DNA from: an uncultured Verrucomicrobiae bacterium
Lineage (GTDB): Bacteria > Verrucomicrobiota > Verrucomicrobiia > Chthoniobacterales > JAFAMB01
Length of the DNA stretch: 64,000 nucleotides
NCBI GenBank assembly: GCA_963762565.1
Contig: CAVXLD010000003.1
Span: 352,001-416,000 of the forward strand
Direction of reading: 5' to 3'
The notes beneath the pieces are model-generated. The model ran no database searches, was not told the DNA's origin, and was given only the letters and a program-made list of their open reading frames with translations. Shown here one piece after another: positions 9,498 through 18,952 of this stretch (position 1 is its first letter; every line of letters begins with the position of its first letter). The position numbers and the translations under genes are program-made.

Positions 9498-12431
9498 ATG
9501 TCAGTGTTGTCTTCTGATCTGCAGAAATTGTTTATCACAGCGGTAGCGCTAACGAGCTGGTCGCTTGCTCTGGCTCAAGCGACAGCCCCGGACCCAACCG
9601 CGCCGGACTCAAACGCCCCAGGCCGCTCGCCCGCCGATGCGGATGATCAACAGCTCGGTCAAATGACGGTTACTGGATATATCGTTCCGCGAATCGGGGA
9701 GGGACCGGAACCGGTCACCACACTCGACCAAGATTTTATTACCAAACAAGGCGATCAAACGACGGCCGATGTCCTGTTGAGATTGCCGCAAAATTTCGCT
9801 GGATTTACTCCGTCATTGAACGCCGGTGAAAGCACGGCCGAGGGGGGCTCTGCAGTGAACCTCTACGGTCTCGGCGCTAATGCGACCTTGGTGCTGATTG
9901 ACGGCCGGAGACAAGCGACCTATCCGTATGCCCAGTTCGGGACCGAAGGCTTTGTTGATCTTAATTCGATTCCCCTGGCTGCGATTGACCGGATTGAAGT
10001 GCTGAAGGACGGCGCGAGTGCGACCTATGGCTCTGACGCGATCGCCGGGGTCGTGAACATCATCTTGAAAGATGAATACACCGGATCAGACCTAAGGTTT
10101 TACTATGGCGAAAGCCGCTACGGCGATGCCAATACCTTTCATATCTCGGCGGTAAGTGGATTCAGCGAAAAACTTAGCGAGAATTCGAAAATCAGCGTGC
10201 TGGCTACGTTCGATTTTTACGATCTGAGTCCCATCTTCTCCCGAGATCGTTCTTATAGTTCGCAGTTGTTGCACTCACAATTCGGGTCGTATTACGACCA
10301 GCCTTTGACCGACAGTTTTGCCGGTTCTTTTGGCGACGCCGCCGGTAACACTTACACGGTCATCCCTGGAACCAAAGGACCGCAGATTACTAAGAATGAT
10401 TTTATCATCAATGGGCCGTCTAACCTGTTAAACACCGTCCAGGGTCTCGAGACCGTCCCCCGGGAAGAGCGGTACGGCACCTACGATAAGATCAAGTACG
10501 ATTTCGCGAATTGGTTGAGGCTGTACGAAGAGTTTTCCTTCCAGCGGAATGAGGAAGTCAATGTCGACTATGCCTCCCAGCCGACTCAGGCGGATCCAAT
10601 CACAATTCCGGCTAACAACCCCTATAATCCCTTCGGGATACCACTTCAGCCACTGGGACAGACCCTCAACGAGGTTGGGCTGCAATCTCAAGATGCAGTG
10701 GTTAAGACCTATCGGACAGTTTCGGGAGTCACGCTGTTCCTGCCAAAGAACTGGACGGTAGACTTTAGCTTTCTCTACGCTGAAAGCGACGGGACAGCTT
10801 ATAGTTCTAATGAGGTCGCCGACTCTAAGCTGAACGAGGCGCTGGCCGGAACCTTACCGGGATACGGCGGCCAGTTTTACAATCCGTTCGTTGACCAAGG
10901 GGCGGTCGCAAATCCCAATGGCGGTCTAGCCAACGGGATTCGGATTACCCAGTTTCAAGATGTGAGAAGCAGCCAATTGACGTGGGCAGTGCGAGGCGGC
11001 GGCGACCTGATTGATTTGCCCAGCGGACCAATCACCTTGGGACTCGGTCTGGAGTATAACAGCCAAGACTATGTTTCGCGAGTGGACCCTTACACAGCAT
11101 CATTTGACGTGGTAGGCCTCGGCGCTGCGATCAACGGAATCGGCAAGCGCTACTGGGAGAGTGCTTATTATGAACTCTCTATTCCCATCCTCGGTAACCG
11201 CTGGTCATGGCCAGGCGCTCGCAGTCTGCAATTCGTTGCTTCCGAAAGGTACGACAACTACAACGATTTCGGCTCAACCGAAAAACCGAAGTTCGCGGTG
11301 CTTTACAAGCCGTTCGACGACCTCACCTTTCGCTTTTCCTACTCTGAGGGATTCCGGGCGCCTTCACTCACCGAGTTGTACAGCGGCACCTCCTTTGCCT
11401 TTGATGATCTGGTCGACCCAAAGAATCCCAGTCTCGGAGAGCAGACCTATGAAGTGCGCCAGTCTGGAAATCCCCATTTAAAACCGGAGACCTCTTATGG
11501 TTACTATGCCGGAGCAGTATGGTCGCCCGGATCCAGTGACCCGCAGCATAGCTGGTGGGGGTGGGCGAATGGCTTCAGCGCTAACATAGAGTATTTTCAG
11601 ATTCAAAGAGGAAACCAGGTCAGTCTACTCGACGCCCAACAACTGCTCAATGAGGAGCAGTTTTTTCCGAACCTAGTGGCCCGCCTACCCAATGGGACGA
11701 TTAAATACATCGACGATCCGTTTGTTAATCTGGGAGAAACGTTAGTCGATGGAATCAGTTTTGGGGCCAGCTATTCGACCAAAGAATACGGCTGGGGGAA
11801 AATCGACCTCGAGACGGACTGGACTTATCTTTATAATTATGCGGTCCAGCCGATCAATAACAACAGCGCCATCGTTTCAGGTTTCGGCACAATTAGTTTG
11901 CAACCGAGTCCGGTGATCCCGGAGCAAGGCACGTTCACCTTGCCGGAGATTAAGTCAACCTCCAGCGCTTTCTACACAAAGACGCTTTTTGGCATTGATA
12001 CGTTTAGAACCGGGCTAACCTTGAACTATGTGGGGCCGGAACATGACCAGTTGGATAACTATTACGGGGTTCTAGGAGGAGCTACAGTACAGCCGAATGG
12101 CTCGGTGCATGAGATCGGCAGTTGGACGACGCTGGATTGGCAAATTTCTTATGAGTTTGGAAAACCGGTTGAGATCACTCCGGAGACTCCGCAACCAGGC
12201 TATGGTAAAGATGGCAAGAGTTTGGCTGGAGAAGCCGCTATCGCCCCCAAGGCTGAAGGAGCGCACAACACCTGGATTCGATACTGGTTAGCGGGCAGCA
12301 AGATTACTTTCGGGATCAATAACGTCTTTGATACGCCACCGCCGTTTGCCGACACCTTCATGGGGTATGATCCGCAGACCGCAACTTCGATTGGTCGTTT
12401 CTTCTATTTTGAGCTGGAGAAGAAGTTTTAA
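9498..12431 (+). CDS. TonB-dependent outer-membrane receptor
   Basis: Signal peptide from ATG 9498 (…WSLALA-Q), plug motifs TLVLIDGRR, DLNSIPLAAIDRIEVLKDGASATYGSDAIAGVVNII, FRAPSL.ELY, GINNVFD, terminal F. The ORF-track start (9324) runs through a repeat and is unlikely. Confidence 0.93.
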   Translation: MSVLSSDLQKLFITAVALTSWSLALAQATAPDPTAPDSNAPGRSPADADDQQLGQMTVTGYIVPRIGEGPEPVTTLDQDFITKQGDQTTADVLLRLPQNFAGFTPSLNAGESTAEGGSAVNLYGLGANATLVLIDGRRQATYPYAQFGTEGFVDLNSIPLAAIDRIEVLKDGASATYGSDAIAGVVNIILKDEYTGSDLRFYYGESRYGDANTFHISAVSGFSEKLSENSKISVLATFDFYDLSPIFSRDRSYSSQLLHSQFGSYYDQPLTDSFAGSFGDAAGNTYTVIPGTKGPQITKNDFIINGPSNLLNTVQGLETVPREERYGTYDKIKYDFANWLRLYEEFSFQRNEEVNVDYASQPTQADPITIPANNPYNPFGIPLQPLGQTLNEVGLQSQDAVVKTYRTVSGVTLFLPKNWTVDFSFLYAESDGTAYSSNEVADSKLNEALAGTLPGYGGQFYNPFVDQGAVANPNGGLANGIRITQFQDVRSSQLTWAVRGGGDLIDLPSGPITLGLGLEYNSQDYVSRVDPYTASFDVVGLGAAINGIGKRYWESAYYELSIPILGNRWSWPGARSLQFVASERYDNYNDFGSTEKPKFAVLYKPFDDLTFRFSYSEGFRAPSLTELYSGTSFAFDDLVDPKNPSLGEQTYEVRQSGNPHLKPETSYGYYAGAVWSPGSSDPQHSWWGWANGFSANIEYFQIQRGNQVSLLDAQQLLNEEQFFPNLVARLPNGTIKYIDDPFVNLGETLVDGISFGASYSTKEYGWGKIDLETDWTYLYNYAVQPINNNSAIVSGFGTISLQPSPVIPEQGTFTLPEIKSTSSAFYTKTLFGIDTFRTGLTLNYVGPEHDQLDNYYGVLGGATVQPNGSVHEIGSWTTLDWQISYEFGKPVEITPETPQPGYGKDGKSLAGEAAIAPKAEGAHNTWIRYWLAGSKITFGINNVFDTPPPFADTFMGYDPQTATSIGRFFYFELEKKF

Positions 12432-12475
12432 AGGCAAGCTCGCTTAAGATCTTAGGGCTGATCAGCGCCCAATGC

Positions 12476-12688
12476 CTGGAGGGGAGCCGCTTTGTAGGTT
12501 AGCAAGTCTATCAGTTGCTATCAGGCGGCTCCCGAGCATTACCCAGCGCGTCTCAGCTTCATCGGATCCGGTCGTAAGCAGACCACGAGAGCCAGAGCCG
12601 CTGGACAAACTGAACCAGCGGTAATTCCCGGGAGCCGCCTGCTGCCAACCGATAGACCTTGCCAACCTACAAAGCGGCTCCCCTCCAG
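12476..12688. repeat. Family C nested-palindrome element, copy 2
   Basis: CTGGAGGGGAGCCGCTTTGTAGGTT ... AACCTACAAAGCGGCTCCCCTCCAG with inner CAGGCGGCTCCCG / CGGGAGCCGCCTG. Confidence 0.9.
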
Positions 12689-12708
12689 ATATTGGGCGTT
12701 GATCGATC

Positions 12709-12987
12709 TTATTGTCCTGCAAGCGGACTCGGCGCGCTACCAAGATCGATAGCGGTGATCGTGTCGAAAAAGAGAAGGCGCTGGCGGGAGCCTTTCCCGA
12801 ACACGATAAAGCACTGAGCTCTTTCTTCTTCGGCCTGCAGGACACCGTCCTCGTCAGTTTCGGGGAAGAAGGAAATGTGATCGGGCGTCGGCACCTTATA
12901 TCGCTCACCGCTGGCGGTCACAAGAGTGAACGGGATAAAAGGCGGCTTCGTCGCGACCTCGCGAATCTCTCTCTCTTTCGGGTGCAT
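12709..12987 (-). CDS. Small hypothetical protein
   Basis: PFIPFTLVTASGERYKVPTPDH resembles a recurrent small PVC-group protein pattern (PF.PF......G..Y.V..P.); recognition from memory only. Confidence 0.6.
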   Translation of the reverse strand: MHPKEREIREVATKPPFIPFTLVTASGERYKVPTPDHISFFPETDEDGVLQAEEERAQCFIVFGKGSRQRLLFFDTITAIDLGSAPSPLAGQ

Positions 12988-13095
12988 GGCCGCAACCAGT
13001 ATAGAAAGGGTTTGCTGTCTTGCAAGATCTTAATAACATAATGCATAAAAGTTGTATGCCGGGTGGATTGCTAGCGGCCAGCGCTTCGCGAATAG

Positions 13096-13270
13096 GGGAG
13101 GGCGCGCGTCCCCGCGCGCCGCGAGAACGTGGCACAACTTAAAGGTGTAATTTACCGGTGGATTAAAACGGGCGCTCGGCTTCGGTCACAATCGTGCAGC
13201 CGCCGGACGAGGACGCGATCCCTCCCGGCGATGGGCCTACGCACATTCCAAGAACGAAGCGCCTAACGAG
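13096..13270 (+). repeat. Family B element (GGGAGGGCGCG..CGCGCGCCGCG ... GACGCGATCCCTCCC)
   Basis: Both palindromic ends and the internal sequence align by eye with copies at 38118 and 40421. Confidence 0.85.
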
Positions 13271-13339
13271 TGGCATCCCGAAGTCGTTGCGAAGCGCCAC
13301 CGTAGTTGCGTTTGGTTTTTGGGCACGCCAGTTTGTGAC

Positions 13340-13804
13340 ATGACCCCTGATAGCGCTTGGTTAGAGGAACTTCGAAAGAGAGTATCTGCTGCCGCTCCTC
13401 GAATTCAAAAACTGCAAGGAATTGCCGTACTGATCCTAAACACCGGCAACTACCGTTGGGTTGGTCTTTATGAAATAGACAGACAAGCGGGTGAAGTGGT
13501 GAACTTGGTCTGGGATGGAACAGGTGTGCCGGAATATCCCCGGTTCCCGATTGGCAAAGGCCTGACAGGCGCCGCGATTCAACAGCGAAGAGTCATCAAT
13601 GTTGGCGACGTGGCCGCGGATCCACGTTACTTGACGGCATTCGATTCAACTCGTTCTGAAATCATCGTGCCGATTCTTGATGGCCAAGGGGAGAAGGTTA
13701 TTGGAACAATCGACGTGGAAAGCGAGCGGACGAACGCCTTTGATGAACAAACCGAACAGCTCCTGATGAGCTGTGCGGAAGTGATTGCCCCGTTGTGGAA
13801 GTAG
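13340..13804 (+). CDS. Stand-alone GAF-domain protein (fRMsr/MsrC-like fold)
   Basis: YRWVGLY, IGKGLTGAA, VGDV..DPRY, TRSEIIVPI, GTIDVES...AF. Confidence 0.85.
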   Translation: MTPDSAWLEELRKRVSAAAPRIQKLQGIAVLILNTGNYRWVGLYEIDRQAGEVVNLVWDGTGVPEYPRFPIGKGLTGAAIQQRRVINVGDVAADPRYLTAFDSTRSEIIVPILDGQGEKVIGTIDVESERTNAFDEQTEQLLMSCAEVIAPLWK

Positions 13805-13832
13805 AGGGTTGGCTCCCGGCACCGTTATCCTC

Positions 13833-14699
13833 TTACGGCTTACGCCTCTCGGGATTGCGGCACCAGGCTGCTACCAGTCCGATCCAGGGTACAACCGTGT
13901 TTGACATCGCAACCTCGTTTTGCAGCCGCTCTTGGAGCGTATCAAGATCGCCCAGAGCCTCGATGGATAAGGTGAGCTTTTGAATTTGTGGAAGGACGCT
14001 TCGTAGGGAATCAGAAACCCATCGAGTGAAGTCTGGATCACTTGCCAACTCTATTTCCAACCGCATATGCGGGGCTGGCAGCCCGGCATCTTGGAAGGCT
14101 TTGTGCAAACCGGGGCCCATCTCCAAATTCACGCCGGCACGGATCCCTGTCTCGTGGAGTAACGAAACACTCGCGTACCAAAGAGGCAAGTGCCTCGAAA
14201 GCGCAAGAAATGGGATCCAGGATCCTTCTTGAAACGGAAGAATGCCGCCAGGACGAATTCGTTGCGCTACAGAACGCAACGCGTCGACCGGGTCGGGAAG
14301 AAACTGTAGAATGTAACGACCAACTGCTGCATCAAAGATTAAGTGTGTCGAATACTCGGTCAGATCGGTTTGCACAAATTCAATGTTGCCCAGACCTGCG
14401 TCCGCGGCCCGAGCCCGAGCCCGGTTAATCGTACGGCCGTCCCGCTCGATCGCTACTACCTTTCCCGAAGGACCTACTATCCTGGCGACGAGCATAGCTA
14501 CGTCGCCGACCCCTGCGCCAAGATCTAAGACCAGTTGCCCAGATCCGATCCCCGCTTCTCGGAAAAATCGCTCGGTAACCGGAGCAAGCCGGATACCTTG
14601 GCGGATCAGTCGCTCGTGTTCTGCGTCGGTGTTGCCAAGGTGATAGTCGGTATAGCATTTGTCAGACGACATAGGCGCGGGGGCATTATCCTCAGACAT
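13833..14699 (-). CDS. Class I SAM-dependent methyltransferase
   Basis: EHERLIRQ N-terminus, VLDLGAGVGDV motif I, FDAAVGRYILQF. Confidence 0.9.
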   Translation of the reverse strand: MSEDNAPAPMSSDKCYTDYHLGNTDAEHERLIRQGIRLAPVTERFFREAGIGSGQLVLDLGAGVGDVAMLVARIVGPSGKVVAIERDGRTINRARARAADAGLGNIEFVQTDLTEYSTHLIFDAAVGRYILQFLPDPVDALRSVAQRIRPGGILPFQEGSWIPFLALSRHLPLWYASVSLLHETGIRAGVNLEMGPGLHKAFQDAGLPAPHMRLEIELASDPDFTRWVSDSLRSVLPQIQKLTLSIEALGDLDTLQERLQNEVAMSNTVVPWIGLVAAWCRNPERRKP

Positions 14700-14875
14700 G
14701 GGGCGAAATCGGGCAGATGGCAGGCGGACTTTTATACCAACTTACTGTATCGAAGACATTTACCAAGAATCTGACTAGCCCCTTTTTCTCACACGTGTAA
14801 ATCCCCGGACGTTCGAGCTTAAGCTGGCAATCCGCGCTGGCTTTTGTTTCACTTTTGCTTCTAGGGAGCTTTCGA

Positions 14876-15655
14876 ATGCACTACCGTGAATCACTGCCAT
14901 CATTCGGCTTGGCCCCTTTGGTCTTGTCGTTTTGGGAATTCGCGGTATCCGAGACAGTGCCGGGACCGCGTTACCACTACGTTTTTCCGGACGGTTGCAC
15001 CTTGTTATCCTACTGTGGAAAGTCCATGCGTTTAGCGCCAGGACTAAAGGTTATCGGACCCACCATCAGGTCTCGAGTGGTACCCGTACGGCCTGGAGAA
15101 GTGTGGTGGGGCGTCCGGCTTCAACCGGCCGCAGTTCAAGCCGTCACCGGCTGCGCACCTTGCATACTGCGGGATAGGGCGGAGTCCGGTGCTGTTATTA
15201 GTCCAGAACTTGACCGTGCGTTGCTCTACGCACTTGAGGGCAGCAAATGTTTTGCCGATGCCATCATTGGGTATGAACAGGTCCTGGGCACGCTTCTCCG
15301 CCAGCACATTGATGGTAAAGTTGCTGCCGCGGCGCATTTCATCGACAACACCGGCGGTAGAGCCAAGATAGAAGAGGTAGCGCTGGCTGTTGGGCTCAGC
15401 GAGCGCCAACTGCAGAGGCGTTTCAACCAAGCCGTTGGATTGACGCCCAAACAGTTTGCCCGTGTCCGGCGCTTACGAAGCACAACGGTCGCAATGCTTG
15501 GTAGGGAGCTAACAGACTGGGCTGGCCTGGCTGCCGACGCGGGTTATACCGATCAGTCCCACCTGACCCACGAGTTGAACGCGCTAACCGGACACCTGCC
15601 TACATCGTTTGAACGAAGGGTACGCAGGATCGAACACGGCTTTCTGCGCCGCTGA
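14876..15655 (+). CDS. AraC-family transcriptional regulator (DUF6597-type N-terminal domain)
   Basis: VFPDGC, LSERQLQRRF...VGLTPKQFARVRR, GYTDQSHL. Confidence 0.92.
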   Translation: MHYRESLPSFGLAPLVLSFWEFAVSETVPGPRYHYVFPDGCTLLSYCGKSMRLAPGLKVIGPTIRSRVVPVRPGEVWWGVRLQPAAVQAVTGCAPCILRDRAESGAVISPELDRALLYALEGSKCFADAIIGYEQVLGTLLRQHIDGKVAAAAHFIDNTGGRAKIEEVALAVGLSERQLQRRFNQAVGLTPKQFARVRRLRSTTVAMLGRELTDWAGLAADAGYTDQSHLTHELNALTGHLPTSFERRVRRIEHGFLRR

Positions 15656-15664
15656 ACCGTAACG

Positions 15665-15683
15665 TGTCGCAAATCTACAAGAC
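15665..15683 (+). promoter_or_regulatory. TGTCGCAAATCTACAAGAC, putative site or promoter motif of the AraC regulator
   Basis: Lies between the AraC stop and the next ATG; resembles the TGTC...TnCAAGAC motif I recall recurring after this AraC subfamily. Confidence 0.55.
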
Positions 15684-15714
15684 GATTGCTGCCCGGTGTG
15701 CTAGCTCGGCAGCG

Positions 15715-16254
15715 ATGAAGACGATCATAGCGCTGCTTTCTCTTTGTTTCTTGTGGTCCTCTGGATTTTCTCAGGACAACGAGTCAACGCAGTTAACGGA
15801 GATGAGAAAGCTGGCCTTCCTCGTTGGTCAGTGGGAAGGCACTGGATATTTCGAATACGCTCCAGGACAGCGCCGGGCGTTTACCGAAAGGGAGAATGTC
15901 CAGATGAAGCTCGGCGGATTGATGCTGGTTTTTGAGGGCTCAGGTCAGAGCAAGGGTGCAAACGGAGAAGCGATCACTGTGCATAGCGCTCTCGCTCTCG
16001 CCCACTATGACGATCAATCTCACACTTTCCGGTGGCAAGCCTACCGCGCCGACCGAGGCTCCTTATCAACCGTAGAGACCGAAGCCGAGGTCGCCGATCA
16101 AACGTTGGAGTGGGGCTATCAGGATAACCGTGGCGGACGGGTGCGGTTTACCATAAAACTGGATCAAACAGGAGCGTGGTCCGAGACCGGGGAGAGCAGC
16201 TCGGACGGCCAGAATTGGCGCACTTTCATGGAGATGACCCTAAAGCACCTCTGA
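15715..16254 (+). CDS. Secreted DUF1579-like protein
   Basis: Signal peptide MKTIIALLSLCFLWSSGFS-Q; LAFLVGQWEG, WSETGESSSDGQNWRTFMEMTL. Confidence 0.75.
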   Translation: MKTIIALLSLCFLWSSGFSQDNESTQLTEMRKLAFLVGQWEGTGYFEYAPGQRRAFTERENVQMKLGGLMLVFEGSGQSKGANGEAITVHSALALAHYDDQSHTFRWQAYRADRGSLSTVETEAEVADQTLEWGYQDNRGGRVRFTIKLDQTGAWSETGESSSDGQNWRTFMEMTLKHL

Positions 16255-16349
16255 TGAGAATTGGTCGAGTCGATCAAGAATTGTGAATGACCCTTTGTGC
16301 GAGGTTTTTTCGCACCGGCGAGGTGCGCTCCAGGGTGTCGACCGCTGTC

Positions 16350-16558
16350 GGCCTCGCAAGCGAGGCAAGCGCTCCACGGGTGGCGACCCCTTTCGGCCTC
16401 GCAAGCGAGGCAGCGCTCCACGGGTGGCGACCCCTTTCGGCCTCGCAAGCGAGGCAGCGCTCCGCGGGTGGCGACCCCTTTCGGCCTCGCAAGCGAGGCA
16501 CGCTCCACGGGTTGCGACCCCTTTCGGCCTTGCAAGCGAGGCACGCTCCACGGGTTGC
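16350..16558 (+). repeat. Tandem array of five 43-45 bp family A units
   Basis: GGCCTCGCAAGCGAGGC starts at 16350, 16395, 16439, 16483 and 16526 (last copy has one substitution), each followed by (A)GCGCTCCACGGGTGGCGACCCCTTTC or a variant. Between convergent genes. Confidence 0.95.
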
Positions 16559-16561
16559 GCG

Positions 16562-18217
16562 CTATCCGCCTTTGGCAAATTGGCGGGCGATTTCTTGACT
16601 CAGCGGGAGCTCGTAATCACCATTGATCCGGACATCCACAACCACAGGGCCTTCTTCGACCGCTAATGCGGCATCGATTCGGTCAAGCTCCTCCGGGTGG
16701 GTGACCCGGAAACCTTTGGCGCCGAAACCTTCCGCCAAGCGATCGAAGTCTGGTTGCGGAGTGTCAGCCAGTGTAGGATCGATCTCTTTACGCACGAGAT
16801 CGTGTTTCTCCTGACCGACAGCCTGATCGTTGAGAATGATGACCGTGAGAGGAAGGTGGAACGCGACTGCCGTATAAAAATCAGCCACGTTCATCATGAA
16901 AGCCGCATCGGCGGTGACATGAGTGACGCGTTCTCCGGGCCGGGCGAAACAAGCTCCAATGGCGATGGATAACCCTTGTCCGATCGATCCGAAATCCCAG
17001 CCGTTGCCCCAGCTGTCGGCATTGGGCGAGGTAAGAATTTGTTGAGAGACTAAACCGGCGTGGCCACCGTCGATCACGATGATCCGGTCGCGTTTTGGCA
17101 GTCTATCCTCCACATACCAAACCGCGCGCCGGGGATCGACCGAACCACCATCTTCAAAATCGGGGCGAACGAAAGAGAACTGCTTTATCTTTTGGATGGT
17201 CTGATCGTCAGGTTGGCGAGGAGCAGTCCGGGTCTCTTGGAGCCTCTTCAGTAGAGCCAGCAGAGCGATGCGGGCATCTCCTTCCAGGCCGACATCGACC
17301 GGCGTGTAAAAACCGAAAGCGTTATGTCGCCGGTCTATCTGAATCACTTTTTTATTTTGTAGGACGGCGCGGTTTTGTGTGGTCCAAGGATTAAGACTGG
17401 CGCCAATCGCGATCGCAAGGTCGGCTTCATTCAAGACGTCGTTCGCCAGGCCGGTGCCGAGGCCGCCGCTTACGCCCAAATAGAGTGAGTAATCGGAACA
17501 CATCCCCTTTGCGGGCAAGGTCACGGCAACGGGAGCACCGAGGTATTTTGCCAGCGCTAACACTTCGGGTTCGGCATGGGCGGCGCGCGCGCCTAACCCG
17601 CAAATGATCACCGGCCGGTTAGCGCCCTCTATCATTTTTGCGGCGGCTTCCAGATCGTCGGCCCCCGGTGGTTGCGGCTCCGGTGCTTTGTAGACCGGAC
17701 GATAGCTCCAGTCTGGAATAGGAACATCGGCTGCCTGTATATCTTGGGGTAGATTCAGTACGAACGGACCTTCTTTCGCCCTGAGATGTCTAAACGCTTC
17801 TCCCAGAACGTAATCGACTGCTTTCGGGTGATTCAATACGACGCCCGCTTGGGTCGCTTGAATGGCCATCGCATTCTGGTCCACTAATCCTTGCATGTTG
17901 AATGGATCACTAAGCGGTGCGTGCCCCGCCAACATCAGTAAGGGGGTGCGATGAGCGCGAGCCGCCACTAACGACGTGATGGAATTAGTGAACCCAGGTC
18001 CTTGCGTAACCGTGGCAATGCCTATCTTCCCGCTCACTCGAGCATAACCGTCTGCCATGGAGGTCGCGCTCTGCTCATGTTTCGCTTGGACGAACTTAAA
18101 GCCGTACTTGCCGCAAAGCTCGCCAATCAGATACATGTTCGCATTGCCCATCACACCGAAAATGGTGTCAGCGCCTTCCTTGTGAATTGCTTCAGCAATC
18201 GCCGCGTACACTTTCAT
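16562..18217 (-). CDS. Thiamine diphosphate-dependent enzyme (acetolactate synthase-like superfamily)
   Basis: KHEQSATSMADGYAR, TQGPGFTN, variant ThDP motif TADAAF...ILND. Confidence 0.9.
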   Translation of the reverse strand: MKVYAAIAEAIHKEGADTIFGVMGNANMYLIGELCGKYGFKFVQAKHEQSATSMADGYARVSGKIGIATVTQGPGFTNSITSLVAARAHRTPLLMLAGHAPLSDPFNMQGLVDQNAMAIQATQAGVVLNHPKAVDYVLGEAFRHLRAKEGPFVLNLPQDIQAADVPIPDWSYRPVYKAPEPQPPGADDLEAAAKMIEGANRPVIICGLGARAAHAEPEVLALAKYLGAPVAVTLPAKGMCSDYSLYLGVSGGLGTGLANDVLNEADLAIAIGASLNPWTTQNRAVLQNKKVIQIDRRHNAFGFYTPVDVGLEGDARIALLALLKRLQETRTAPRQPDDQTIQKIKQFSFVRPDFEDGGSVDPRRAVWYVEDRLPKRDRIIVIDGGHAGLVSQQILTSPNADSWGNGWDFGSIGQGLSIAIGACFARPGERVTHVTADAAFMMNVADFYTAVAFHLPLTVIILNDQAVGQEKHDLVRKEIDPTLADTPQPDFDRLAEGFGAKGFRVTHPEELDRIDAALAVEEGPVVVDVRINGDYELPLSQEIARQFAKGG

Positions 18218-18288
18218 AGGGGACTTGGACTATAACCATCGCGGATACCGAATGCATCGGGAAAACGTCTCTTGGGCGCATCTGGCCT

Positions 18289-18366
18289 TCGTCCTCGTCG
18301 TCGTCCTCGTCCTCGGATCCGGTCGCGCGGAGTGATGGAGTCTTGGAGTGCCGGAGTGTTGGAGTA
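18289..18366. repeat. CGTCCT/CGT repeat (family E) followed by GGAGT-N3 repeat (family F)
   Basis: cgtcctcgtcgtcgtcctcgtcctcg ... ggagtgatggagtcttggagtgccggagtgttggagt. The same composite occurs at 22640-22716; related copies at 44296-44450 and 25177-25207. Confidence 0.8.
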
Positions 18367-18541
18367 AATCGCCAAGTCGGACTCACATGCAGCGATTTGC
18401 GAGGATTGGAGTCGCACATCCGCAGCACACTGCATTATAGAAATTATGCGCAATATGGATTGACTTCTTAATTGTGGTTTATACAACGGCCTTCGTTTTC
18501 CACCTAACACAGGAATTAGGAACTCAGGAGAGGAACTAGGG

Positions 18542-18820
18542 ATGCTTAAAGAACAGCTTTTGATTCTACCGTTTATCACCGAGCAGGCATTCTGGTCAGT
18601 CCAGCTCGAAAAACTCGGGGTCGCCGCGCCGCATTTGAATCGCGATACGGTCACGACCGAACAGCTTGCCTCCGGCATAAGTCGCGTTCAGAACCGGACC
18701 ATGAGGGAAAGAGCAGCGGCGCTCGGCCAAGAAATTCGCGCCGAGAACGGTGTTGAAACCGCGATCGACCACCTGAAGTCCTGGGGTTTGTTAGGTGCAA
18801 CGGACTTGGCTGTCCGGTAG
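18542..18820 (+). pseudogene. C-terminal fragment of a GT1-family (sterol/macrolide-type) glycosyltransferase
   Basis: PFITEQAFW...LEKLGVA...MRERAAALGQEIRAENGVETA resembles the GT1 C-terminus. About 90 aa of a roughly 400-aa family; no N-terminal part upstream. Confidence 0.7.
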
Positions 18821-18830
18821 CGGGGAGCGT

Positions 18831-18950
18831 GGGATGGATCGCGTCCTCGCGATCCGCCGTTCGCCAAGCCCAGCGTGTTCTCAACCAAGGGGTTAGCCGA
18901 GCATAGGGTGTTGCATCGCCGTCACAGCGCGCGAGGACGCGCGCCCTCCC
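18831..18950 (-). repeat. Family B element, reverse orientation
   Basis: gggatggatcgcgtcctcgcgatcc ... cgcgcgaggacgcgcgccctccc, abutting the paaK stop. Confidence 0.8.
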
Positions 18951-18952
18951 GG

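Noticed and set aside
16350..16558. CRISPR array
   Set aside because: The sequences between palindromes are near-identical rather than unique spacers, no cas genes are present, and the unit is dispersed elsewhere as a REP-like repeat.
16164..16666. Six overlapping ORFs (for example RVATPFGLASEA repeats)
   Set aside because: They are translations of the family A tandem array in several frames.
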